Source: Thiotrichaceae bacterium (lineage in GTDB: Bacteria; Pseudomonadota; Gammaproteobacteria; UBA5859). Taken from it: 64,000 nucleotides of DNA. Where the stretch lies: assembly GCA_041940025.1 (NCBI GenBank), contig JBGTSY010000001.1, positions 445,362-509,361 on the forward strand. The letters are read 5' to 3'. The notes below the pieces were generated by a model. That model saw only the letters and a program-made list of their open reading frames with translations, searched no databases and was not told where the DNA came from. This document shows positions 30,601 through 38,875 of this stretch, in pieces (positions within the stretch are counted from its first letter, which is position 1; every line of letters starts with the position of its first letter). Made by a program: the position numbers and the translations under genes.

Positions 30601-30736
30601 TTTCGGTGTGGTTTTTGCGACCTTTGTGAGTCTCCTTTTGGTGCCAGCCACTTACCATATACTAGACGACATTCAGCAATTGATCGGTGTTGCAGGGGCT
30701 AGATTTGGAGATAATAAATCAATGAAAAAGCCGTAA
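27617..30736 (+). CDS. RND efflux permease (AcrB/HAE1-like, 12 TM)
   Basis: 1039 aa. Start overlaps the MFP stop (GTGA). Canonical AcrB N-terminus MNAIIRWFAYNRV... Confidence 0.9.
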   Translation: MNAIIRWFAYNRVAANLMMALILISGLLALPEIRKEILPNMEMDAISITTAFPGASPSDVEEAVCQRIESNLLGMDGVKNLTSLASEGICQTTVAVDYGVNVREVVENIKVTVSGIGTFPKEVITPIVKQIKVSPMVAKVVVSGDVDDAVLKTVAEKVKADLFALPEITQVSFDNIKKTEISIEVSEVALQRYRLSFAEIAARIRESSVNVPGGSINTTAGKVAVSIQGRRANAEQFENIVIRALPDGAHIRLKDVATVTEGFAVQRIEGRYNGRPAIAISAFRTGNQSILQIADSMHQYVNEQEKGLPQGVYLNVWQDNSSYLKSRIKLMSNNAVGGFFLVWAILMLFMRFQLSFWTSLGIPISFLGTLWLLPYFGGSINMVSLFAFILVLGIVVDDAIIVGEQVYTEHGRGKSGTEAAVSGAQEVAKPVIYAVCTTILIFLPLLFLPGPQGKLMYAIPLVVTITLFFSLVESLLILPAHLSTIRPENHQQTGWFDRMHKTFDDGIENFVDQYYRPFLSRTLELRYLTVALFVGMMFLTLSLMIGGWLKVNWFPSIEADVAIANLSFAKQTPHEVTADAMQRVEQAAVELRKKLREENGEDQITNLVTIIGIKGENTGRIVVDLAPSEARKVSGEEISRRWRETVGEIPGATEFKIESTLDTTGPTLDIEFIGQHLDALELAANSFRRHLETYPAVYEIRDSLQSSKQEIQIQLKPRAQELGLSVNELAAQVRQAFYGTQVQTVHRGEEEVDVIVRYPESSRESLWHLENMNVMLRSGAVAPLHSVALLSYGEGPSEIRRKNGARTVRVRAYVDSGMDGSDLVESHVKSEFLNKLENNFPGVSWQPSGAQKNKQEFLDYLSRSYILALLAMYILMAVLFRSYSQPLMILWAVPFGAIGALIGHLFIGIEVTLWSLVGIFAVSGVVVNDNLVLIDFINKDLARGARLLDAIKDAGAERFRPIVLTSVTTFGGLTPMMLEQSLQAKFMIPMAVSLAFGVVFATFVSLLLVPATYHILDDIQQLIGVAGARFGDNKSMKKP

Positions 30737-30756
30737 ACCGATTCTCGGACTCAGCA

Positions 30757-31554
30757 CTAAAAACTCATACGAAATACTATTCCTGCGCCACCGCCTACAG
30801 CCATGGGCAAAAACAGTGGTTTTCTTTTATGATCATTTTTAAAGATAGTACCGGTCGATAAATAAGCCAATGACCAACCGAAGAGAACCTGAGAGCCGTA
30901 GTGTTTATCGTCACTTATTCGCGCCAACCCAGGAAGGGTAGAGGCTGTATAATATGCAGCACGTAACCAAGGTTGACGAGTCATACGAGCTAATGTGATA
31001 AGAGGCAATGCGCCATATAGTGCATGTCCACTGACTCCATTATTATCGTCAAATGGTCGCCAGCTGCTAGCGCCTTCGGTGGGACGTCCAGCACCGGTTG
31101 CGATACCCAACAAAAGATGCTGCGGCGCAGCCAATAGCGCAGCCCTCAATGCTCGGTTTCCCCATTTGCCCAGATTATTTGTGCCAATAAAATGAAATCT
31201 TTCTGATAATAAATAAACACTCGCGTAGATTGGAAGCGAGATAAGAAGTTGGCCTGCATCACCAATTTGAGTGCCTATCTCAAATAGTTCAAGATTAGTA
31301 TTGGTATTAATATGTTGTTGGAACTCAGATCTAAGCGTCGCATCCAAATTGCTGTTGGCAAACAGCGCCGCACCTAAACTGAGATAACCCAGCTGAGCTA
31401 GGTTATCTGGCTGATAATAAGCAAGATAGTCTCGCTTTATTTGCTCCTGTATTGGCAGCTGAATCTGAGCGTTGATCTGCTCGCAGACTAAAAAGAGACT
31501 GATAAGCAGCCCATAAACCGGGTAGCGGTATCTATTTTCCAATTGATTGGACAA
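30757..31554 (-). CDS. Secreted/membrane protein with degenerate PAP2 (acid phosphatase) motifs
   Basis: Signal peptide. Blocks R-x-RP (AGRPTEGASSWRP), SGH (GVSGHA) and R-x5-H (ARISDDKHYG) resemble PAP2 KX6RP/PSGH/SRX5HX3D. C-terminal Phe. Confidence 0.4.
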   Translation of the reverse strand: MSNQLENRYRYPVYGLLISLFLVCEQINAQIQLPIQEQIKRDYLAYYQPDNLAQLGYLSLGAALFANSNLDATLRSEFQQHINTNTNLELFEIGTQIGDAGQLLISLPIYASVYLLSERFHFIGTNNLGKWGNRALRAALLAAPQHLLLGIATGAGRPTEGASSWRPFDDNNGVSGHALYGALPLITLARMTRQPWLRAAYYTASTLPGLARISDDKHYGSQVLFGWSLAYLSTGTIFKNDHKRKPLFLPMAVGGGAGIVFRMSF

Positions 31555-31850
31555 CTACACATCCTTAAGAATTTCTCCTGTTTAATTTTTAGCGTTGGCA
31601 GGATGTTTTTTATTAGGGCGGTGATGGAGAAAGCAGGCGAGCGGTATCACATCATCAGTGGGTCTGCACTAAAACAGAGCATGGGATGGGCAGTGTTCTG
31701 TACCCAAATAGTGCAATTATTCGCGACCTTAGCTATGATGCTCATGCACAAACTCGACAATAGATTGAAATATAAGAAGTTACTAATCGTGTTGAGCTGT
31801 TCGACTAGGGGACATCTAAGGTTGGAATTGGCTATTAGCTAGGAGGAAAT

Positions 31851-33053
31851 ATGGAGGCGCTACAGTCGGGATCTGATGTACTTTTTATATTATTAGGCGC
31901 CATCATGGTGCTAGCGATGCATTCTGGATTTGCCTTTTTAGAAGTGGGTACGGTACGCCATAAGAATCAGGTCAATGCGCTGGCCAAAATTATGGCTGAT
32001 TTTGCGGTCTCCACAGTCGTGTATTTTTTTATTGGCTATAGTGTTGCATACGGAGTGGGTTTCATGGAGTCGGCTGAAACCTTAAGCGAAAAAAATGGCT
32101 ACGAGTTAGTGAAGTTTTTCTTCCTGCTTACTTTTGCCGCTGCAATTCCGGCAATCATCTCAGGTGGAATTGCAGAACGTGCCAAGTTTTATCCTAATCT
32201 GATCGCCACCGCGATTTTTGTGGGAGTGATCTATCCATTGTTTGAAGGTATCAGTTGGAACGGTTTATTTGGTGTCCAAAGCTGGATCGAGAGGCAATTT
32301 GGCTTTGCATTCCATGATTTTGCCGGTTCCATTGTGGTTCACGCAATGGGTGGGTGGTTGGCGCTGGGGTGTGTCGTCATGTTGGGGGCGCGTAAGGGTC
32401 GCTATACTAAATCGGGGGAGACTATTGGTATTCCGCCATCCAGCATCCCATTCTTGGCTCTGGGTTCATGGATCCTGACCGTGGGCTGGTTTGGATTTAA
32501 TGTGATGTCTGCGCAAACTATTGAGTCCGTTTCCGGGTTGGTTGCGATGAACTCTTTAATGGCCATGGTGGGCGGAATCTTAGGCGCCTTGGTAGTAGGA
32601 AAGAATGATCCGGGATTTCTTCACAATGGGCCTTTAGCAGGTTTGGTAGCGGTCTGTGCAGGATCCGATGTGATGCATCCGGTTGGTGCTCTGGCCACGG
32701 GGTTAATCGCGGGGGTGATTTTTGTGGTGACTTTTACCCTCACGCAAAATCGATGGAAGATTGACGATGTGTTGGGGGTGTGGCCCTTGCACGGTCTGTG
32801 TGGTCTTTGGGGAGGCTTAGCCTGTGGCATATTCGGTACCACTGCCTTTGGTGGTTTAGGAGGAGTGAGTTTGATGGCTCAGATAGTGGGCAGTGGTCTT
32901 GGGATTGGTCTTGCTCTGGTGGGGGGGTTTGCCGTATATGGAATGCTCAAATTCACTGTGGGGATTAGACTCACCGAAGAGGAGGAATATCAGGGGGCAG
33001 ATCTGAGCATTCATAAAATAGGTTCGAATCCAGAGGCGGATTCTCATCCCTAG
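31851..33053 (+). CDS. amtB: Ammonium transporter (Amt family)
   Basis: 400 aa, 11-12 TM. Typical Amt N-terminus (DVLFILLGAIMVLAMHSGFAFLEVG) and conserved His-containing helices. Confidence 0.9.
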   Translation: MEALQSGSDVLFILLGAIMVLAMHSGFAFLEVGTVRHKNQVNALAKIMADFAVSTVVYFFIGYSVAYGVGFMESAETLSEKNGYELVKFFFLLTFAAAIPAIISGGIAERAKFYPNLIATAIFVGVIYPLFEGISWNGLFGVQSWIERQFGFAFHDFAGSIVVHAMGGWLALGCVVMLGARKGRYTKSGETIGIPPSSIPFLALGSWILTVGWFGFNVMSAQTIESVSGLVAMNSLMAMVGGILGALVVGKNDPGFLHNGPLAGLVAVCAGSDVMHPVGALATGLIAGVIFVVTFTLTQNRWKIDDVLGVWPLHGLCGLWGGLACGIFGTTAFGGLGGVSLMAQIVGSGLGIGLALVGGFAVYGMLKFTVGIRLTEEEEYQGADLSIHKIGSNPEADSHP

Positions 33054-33247
33054 GTAGCCACTCAATTCTTCAGAAATGAGTGGCCCCAATTAGGTCACTA
33101 TAGACGGATTAATAGTCGCTGAAGACTACTTCCTAATGCTTGCTGCCCGCTGCAAGGCGTATTTGCTTACCGCAAAATAACCTATTTCATTTTCTTTATT
33201 TTGTTTGTCTGTTCAAGGACTAAGGATCTGGTTTGGAAAGCTAAGAG

Positions 33248-33661
33248 CTAAAACTTTAATTTCCCTCCACCGGGTCCTAAAAGTCCGCCTGCACCTGGGC
33301 CGCCACCCATTCCACCGCCCACGTCACCTGCGCCTGGGACCACTAACGAGCTTGCTTGTTCGCGCTGTAACTCACGTAACTCCTCAACCGCTTGCTGTAC
33401 TGCGATTTCTGCTGCGGGACCAAAACCGGCGACGGCCTCTTTAAGTGATTTAGCTTTAATATCAAAGCTTAAGGGTAAAGAGCCAACGGGCGTCATGAGT
33501 TGCGCCTGGCCAACAAATAGCACCTCTCGCGTACTATCCACTTCACCCTCGGCAGTTAGGGGAGTCATAATCCGTATACTACCGGAACGGCGATCGCTCA
33601 CTACTTCTTCACGGTAAAGGTCGCTGGCATTCATGCCAATTTCCACTTTGTCTTCGGCCAT
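33248..33661 (-). CDS. Conserved hypothetical cytoplasmic protein with Gly-rich C-terminal tail
   Basis: 137-aa ORF with a strong coding signal. The tail is GAGDVGGGMGGGPGAGGLLGPGGGKLKF. No assignable family. Confidence 0.5.
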   Translation of the reverse strand: MAEDKVEIGMNASDLYREEVVSDRRSGSIRIMTPLTAEGEVDSTREVLFVGQAQLMTPVGSLPLSFDIKAKSLKEAVAGFGPAAEIAVQQAVEELRELQREQASSLVVPGAGDVGGGMGGGPGAGGLLGPGGGKLKF

Positions 33662-34092
33662 GTCTAATCCTTATTTTCGATTAATTGCTCATATAGCGCG
33701 CAGGGTACGGCATCTTGTGCGTGAGTGCCAGTCGCCCTGGCGTAAATGCAGGATCTGTATGTCAGTCTCATCTGTCACAGGGAAATTCTCGCATTACGCA
33801 TTAGGAAATGCTGTCCAGATCCTTGTCGAATCAATGTGGGCATGAGCGAGTTGCAAACTGCACGGATGAGGCTGGGAATCAATCCGGAGGACTGATTTTA
33901 GGATTATACACTTGGATGCCAAACAGGGAAGCGTTAGGTAGCTGGAATAGATTTTTCGCTAGCACTTTGCCTGTTCGATAGAGCATATGCTGGCGGCGCT
34001 TATAGTTGTCAGAAGACGACAGGGGGCCAAACTTAAGAAGGCTCGGCAACGGATGTGATCATCGTGTGCAAAAACGCGAATCGAATTGAAGC

Positions 34093-34791
34093 CTAGTTTG
34101 ATGTGACTTCAGATTCGAAATCTCGGTTGGAAAGGTCGTTAAGATGAATATCACTCGCTGAGCCCAGTATGCCTCCATATACTTCTGCATAAGCTTTTGC
34201 CATTTCTTCTCTGGGAAAATCGGCGAAATCTCCTCTCTCTTTCAGGTATTCCATATGTTTGTTTCCTGAGTTATCTAGTGCATGAAATAAAGAGTCTGAT
34301 GTTCCATCAAACTCCAATGGTTTGACGTTGGCTTTTTCACATAAACTTAAATTGAAAGCAGGAGTACATTTAACCCATCTGTTGTTCAGAAAGAATCCGG
34401 TATTGCCATGAAACGCAAATATATCCGTTTGCATCAATTGCTTGAGTTTTGGTGAGGTCAAATGGTTGCGGACATCTGCAAAACCGAGACGGGTGGGGAT
34501 CCCCACTGCCCTGCCGACTGCCGCCAGTAGGATTGCCTTGGGCACACAATAGCCTTCTTTTTTGTCAAGTACACAACTTGCTCGAAAAGTATCGTCACCA
34601 CCGGAAAAGGCGTAGGGATTATATCGGATATCGTCTCGAACGGCGTAGTAGAGCTTAACGGCTTGAGTGATTTGATCCGTCTCCGTGCCAATCACGTCAC
34701 GAGCGTATTTGATTATTGTTGAGTTATCAGAATCAATATAGTTTGTTGGTTGTAAGTAAAGGCCTAATGTTTCTTCTGTCATGATGGGCAC
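34093..34791 (-). CDS. Transglutaminase-like cysteine peptidase superfamily protein
   Basis: Cys block KEGYCVPKAILLAAVGRAVGIPTR and downstream His/Asp blocks (FHGNTGFFLNNRWV). Confidence 0.65.
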   Translation of the reverse strand: MPIMTEETLGLYLQPTNYIDSDNSTIIKYARDVIGTETDQITQAVKLYYAVRDDIRYNPYAFSGGDDTFRASCVLDKKEGYCVPKAILLAAVGRAVGIPTRLGFADVRNHLTSPKLKQLMQTDIFAFHGNTGFFLNNRWVKCTPAFNLSLCEKANVKPLEFDGTSDSLFHALDNSGNKHMEYLKERGDFADFPREEMAKAYAEVYGGILGSASDIHLNDLSNRDFESEVTSN

Positions 34792-35062
34792 AACTTTGTA
34801 TAGTTTATGATTGAAGTATTTATTAGTGATGTACTGGCGTTCAAATTACCGAATTGCATTGATAATGACAACTCTTGCAAGGCGCAGTAATCAATTCACT
34901 GCTTATAATCTCAATTCACGGGCATTCTGGTTGAGAGAATCAGTGTCGGTTATTAGAGGGGATATTTGTCTAAAATGTGGCTCAAGAAGTGCAGTGAATA
35001 TAGTGAATTGCTGAAACCTATTTAGAATACCATCTTAGCTGCGCGCGTATACTTATATTAAT

Positions 35063-36217
35063 CTAAAAAACCAAATTGACCGCAGCAGTGATGGTGTTAA
35101 TTTCGTCATCTATAGTCGGACCCCCGAAAACAGTCGGTATCGAATCAAATAGTCCATTTGCGTTCTCCCGTCCATCCAGTTCCGTGAAGCCATATTCAAA
35201 TTTGACCGCTACTGAATCAGTCATACTAAACTTGATCCCAAGTGTCGCGGTGTGTTGATCCTGATTAAAGAATTCTACATCTTCCGCATCGGCTACACTG
35301 TAAGTAAAATGTGGAAAGAGATGACCAAATTCATATCCAATGGTGGCAAACCAGTTTTGAGAGCTGGAGAAAATAGAATTAGAAACATCGCGGTGCGCCC
35401 ACTCGGCGAGAAATCTGATTTGATTCCAACTGATATCGACACCTACTGAACTGAAGACCACTTCACCGTCAGTGGTATCTTCAATACCAAATGAATTAAT
35501 CGCAGAAACCGGTAGCCCTGTGGCCGCGGCCAGAGTGTCTACTAACTCGGCGGTGAGTTTTGGAACCACATGGTGGCTGGCACGCACAGTAATATTTGGG
35601 TGAATCAGCTCTAATATAATCCCACCTATGCGAAATTCCCCGAGCGTGAAAATTTCACCAATTAAAGGTAAATCTGTCTCAGGAGTTTGTGCAATATATA
35701 TTTGACTAACAAAGTCGAAAGGAGGAGCGGCGATTTTTCCAACGGCATTCAATCCATTTATTGCCGTGATTGGAACATTGGCAAATCCATACAGCTCTTC
35801 TGGTGGGGTGATCCAGGGGTAGCTCACACCAACATCATAGTATTGAGAAATCATAAAACCAGGGAATCTGAAGCGTCCCGCTTGTAACTCAACCTGATTA
35901 TTGGGTTGGTAAGCAAGATAGGCCCACTCGGCGTCAATTTCCCAACTATTTTTACCTCTTGCGAGTAACTGAGACACGAGTTGAATAGAACTCTCATTGG
36001 GTGTGAAACTCGTTTGGATGCCAATTACAGAGAGTTTTGAGAAATTCATCTCATCTTTGACACCTGTATAGGACACATCCTGGTCATTCTGACTAAAGCC
36101 GGCGGTCAAGAATCCGTTTGTCTGAATGCTTCGCTCAGCGTATGCCCCAGTACAGAAGCAGCAAAACAGCACTAATAATGATATTTCTTTCATTTCTCGA
36201 TACGTAAAGATTTTCAT
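35063..36217 (-). CDS. Outer membrane beta-barrel protein (porin-like), unknown specificity
   Basis: Signal peptide (LLVLFCCFCTGAYA), alternating amphipathic beta-strands, C-terminal ...VNLVF. The start is ambiguous between 36217 and 36193; the ORF track extends to 36301. Confidence 0.5.
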   Translation of the reverse strand: MKIFTYREMKEISLLVLFCCFCTGAYAERSIQTNGFLTAGFSQNDQDVSYTGVKDEMNFSKLSVIGIQTSFTPNESSIQLVSQLLARGKNSWEIDAEWAYLAYQPNNQVELQAGRFRFPGFMISQYYDVGVSYPWITPPEELYGFANVPITAINGLNAVGKIAAPPFDFVSQIYIAQTPETDLPLIGEIFTLGEFRIGGIILELIHPNITVRASHHVVPKLTAELVDTLAAATGLPVSAINSFGIEDTTDGEVVFSSVGVDISWNQIRFLAEWAHRDVSNSIFSSSQNWFATIGYEFGHLFPHFTYSVADAEDVEFFNQDQHTATLGIKFSMTDSVAVKFEYGFTELDGRENANGLFDSIPTVFGGPTIDDEINTITAAVNLVF

Positions 36218-36961
36218 GTATTGCCTTTGCCAGGTCGATTCACTTCTTGGTCCGTTCAAAATAGGTGTTGAATTGCCCCACTCATTTTCAACCGCGGTCA
36301 TGCGTAGAGAACATTCTTATTGGTTGATATATTTTTCCTAAAACGCTAAAACCGATAATCTGCTGCGTCAGGAATCCTTTCCAACCGGTACCCAAATTTA
36401 AACGGTGAGGCTCGACTGAGTACATTTAGCTACCTAGCGCACTGGCACTCAAACCGCCTGTCGTTTCGATAGCAATTAACATGCCGCTAATCTGTCCATT
36501 CTAAAGTGTTTCTACAGCCTGGTAGAGTCTTTGTGCCCCACGCCTTGATGAAATCTGTGTCCATGGCGTTCTGAATTTTGCAATATGTTGGTCAATAATG
36601 ATACTAATCGACCAGAATGTTGTGTACTAAATTTTTTTTGGGTCGGTGGGCTAATTAAACCGCATTAGGAGTAGGAGTATTCTAAAGATAATGTCACTAG
36701 CCCATCCTCTTTATTCAATTTGCGTGCGGTGTCACGGCTATATTATGGATGCATCAAAGAGACCACATTATCTAAATGAAATGTGAGGAAATCATTACAG
36801 TTGTCGATAAATTAATTAGGCGGAAGCAAGCGTATTTGGGTGTGACCCCTGCTTTATCTTGTGTGCCGATATAATTATAAAAAGAAAATAAGCTTTGTAT
36901 TAAATGTTATCGCTAAGTAACAAATTTTAAATTGTTAATATTCTTTCCAGATCCTTAATCG

Positions 36962-36988
36962 TTTTTTGAATTTTTTGAATTTTTTGTA
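36962..36988. repeat. Short tandem repeat (ttttttgaa)x2 plus a degenerate copy, in an AT-rich intergenic region
   Basis: Direct reading of the sequence ttttttgaattttttgaattttttgta. Confidence 0.6.
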
Positions 36989-37188
36989 TTTTACGACGAG
37001 CTTCAATAGCTATGATTTATTGAGAGACTCAACTGAATTCAATAATAGAAAAACCATTTGTTAGTCCACGGGTTATATAGGGTGAAAGAGTACTTAAATT
37101 GGGGATTAAATATTAAGACTCGTTAACACATTAAGTGTACTAGTCCACATATTTGATTCGTTTAATTATATATTTTTACTAATAACGA

Positions 37189-38118
37189 ATGAATAGCGAG
37201 ATGAATCTAAAAAAACTAAAGGCACGGGTGTTGTTTGCTGGGTTATTCAACTTCATGGTACACCGACGTACCGTTTTATCTATTATTGGTTGGCTCAATA
37301 GACGTTTTAATTTTCTTTCCACTTTCTTTGTCATGTATCCAGCATCTGAAGAGTACGCTAAATCTTACGTTTGTCCTAGCCAGAGGGAAAAGATGCGCTG
37401 GTCACCTTGGATTGTCGGTCTCTACATTCAGAACGGAAAGTTAGGATTATCCGCAGTGATTTCATCGACAGAACGCGATTTTCGCAATCAAGACAATGTC
37501 CCCAATCTGAAGCGTATGTATGACAAAGCGTATGAGTTGGCAACAATAGTCGGCGCGACGCAAGTCAGCTTCGCGGGTGTCTTACCTGGTGTGCTGAATA
37601 AGCAAAGAATTGTAAAAGGTTCCGTCGAAGCACAAGTCACTGTTGAAACGGTCATAAAGGCGGAAGAGTCGCTTCGACGATCTCTCGATTTAACAGAGGA
37701 TACGCCAATAATAATATTCGGCAGCGCTGGCTTCATTGGGCGTCGAGTTGTGCGTCGTTTATCTCATCGAAATCTATTTTTGGTTGATAAGGCAGATCCC
37801 AAAACTGTAGAGAATACATCTTGGTATCAATCATTAAGAGGAATGCCAGCCATTTTATTGAACCTTGCTAGCCAGGATGCACTAATACAAAATCTACCCA
37901 ACTTGTGGCGTGAAGTTGTGGTGCTAAACGAGGTCTATCCCGAACCCGAGCCAGAAACGGTAAGCGCGTTAGGTGCGATGGGATGTGCTGCCTATCATAT
38001 TATTGGTTTGAGAGCGTTCACGTTGCCACCATTTCCAAAGGCCTATAGGGGAGGGATACCTTGTTGCGCGGGAAGGCTTTCCCACGGCATGGAGGCATTG
38101 GTTAGAAAGCTCAATTAA
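37189..38118 (+). CDS. NAD(P)-binding Rossmann protein resembling the long-chain acyl-ACP reductase (AAR) family
   Basis: IIIFGSAGFIGRRVVRRL dinucleotide-binding motif. The upstream blocks RWSPWIV and GATQVSFAGVLPGVL parallel cyanobacterial AAR blocks WSSAPPQIV, GIDISALGGFTSII and AVVGATGDIGSAV. This is recalled similarity, not a computed alignment. Confidence 0.45.
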   Translation: MNSEMNLKKLKARVLFAGLFNFMVHRRTVLSIIGWLNRRFNFLSTFFVMYPASEEYAKSYVCPSQREKMRWSPWIVGLYIQNGKLGLSAVISSTERDFRNQDNVPNLKRMYDKAYELATIVGATQVSFAGVLPGVLNKQRIVKGSVEAQVTVETVIKAEESLRRSLDLTEDTPIIIFGSAGFIGRRVVRRLSHRNLFLVDKADPKTVENTSWYQSLRGMPAILLNLASQDALIQNLPNLWREVVVLNEVYPEPEPETVSALGAMGCAAYHIIGLRAFTLPPFPKAYRGGIPCCAGRLSHGMEALVRKLN

Positions 38119-38131
38119 GTTATCAGATCCT

Positions 38132-38791
38132 TTAAATTGAATTTAGGGATTGGATGAATTGATCTGCAGATTGAATAGATTTGTTCATGTCTATTATTAG
38201 ATTAGCAACTTCCTTTTCTATATTCGTCACTTCTACGTCAATTTGACTTAATGCCTGGGCATTGAGGTTATGTTTTAAAAAGAGCACTTGATCATGCATG
38301 GATTTAAGAACAGGCTGCATGGTTGCTTCAGCGGCCCACATGGATTTCAGCATAAATTTATAGTCGCCTTCGGTTTGATTAAGGAGTATTTGGCTTTTTT
38401 GTTTCAGTTTTTTATTCTGATATTGCGACAATTCAGATCGCCATTCTTTAAATAATAATTGTGCTACCTTGTCCATAGCTTCTATGCGTTTAGATACCTC
38501 TAGTGCACGTGCTTCTGTTTTTTCATAGCTTTTATTTAATTGTCGATAAGTTTTTTCGAGTTCACCCCCTTCAAACGCCACCAGTTGTTTAAAAGCCGTG
38601 AGTGAATCTGAAAACTGTTCTTTAGCCAATGTTTGAGATTGTTTTGTTTTAATGACGCGGGAATGCAATACCTCTCTTTTTTCAATCCCGATTTGTTCCA
38701 ATGAGTTCAGGTAGAGTGTTTGACATCCTGTTAGATAAGCAATCAGAAATGTGAGTGTAATATAGCGAAAAGTTATGGCGTGTGTATTCAT
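38132..38791 (-). CDS. Coiled-coil lipoprotein of unknown function
   Basis: Lipobox LTGCQT. Predicted helical. 219 aa. Confidence 0.55.
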   Translation of the reverse strand: MNTHAITFRYITLTFLIAYLTGCQTLYLNSLEQIGIEKREVLHSRVIKTKQSQTLAKEQFSDSLTAFKQLVAFEGGELEKTYRQLNKSYEKTEARALEVSKRIEAMDKVAQLLFKEWRSELSQYQNKKLKQKSQILLNQTEGDYKFMLKSMWAAEATMQPVLKSMHDQVLFLKHNLNAQALSQIDVEVTNIEKEVANLIIDMNKSIQSADQFIQSLNSI

Positions 38792-38875
38792 AATGAATCC
38801 CGTAAAGATTAAATAGGAGTATAGAAAAAATAGCTATAAACACTTCAATAAATCAAACAAGAATCTATTGAACAA

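Noticed and set aside
25405-30736. Interpretation as an NRPS/siderophore cluster remnant
   Set aside because: No adenylation, condensation or ketosynthase motifs occur anywhere in the window. Only the accessory TEII and PPTase are present, so it is reported as an orphan-toolkit observation rather than a biosynthetic cluster call.
31555-31850. Sigma-54 (TGGCAC-N5-TTGCA) promoter upstream of the amt gene
   Set aside because: Candidate GG/GC dinucleotides (ttggcaggatg..., ttggaattggctattagc) have the wrong spacing for a -24/-12 element.
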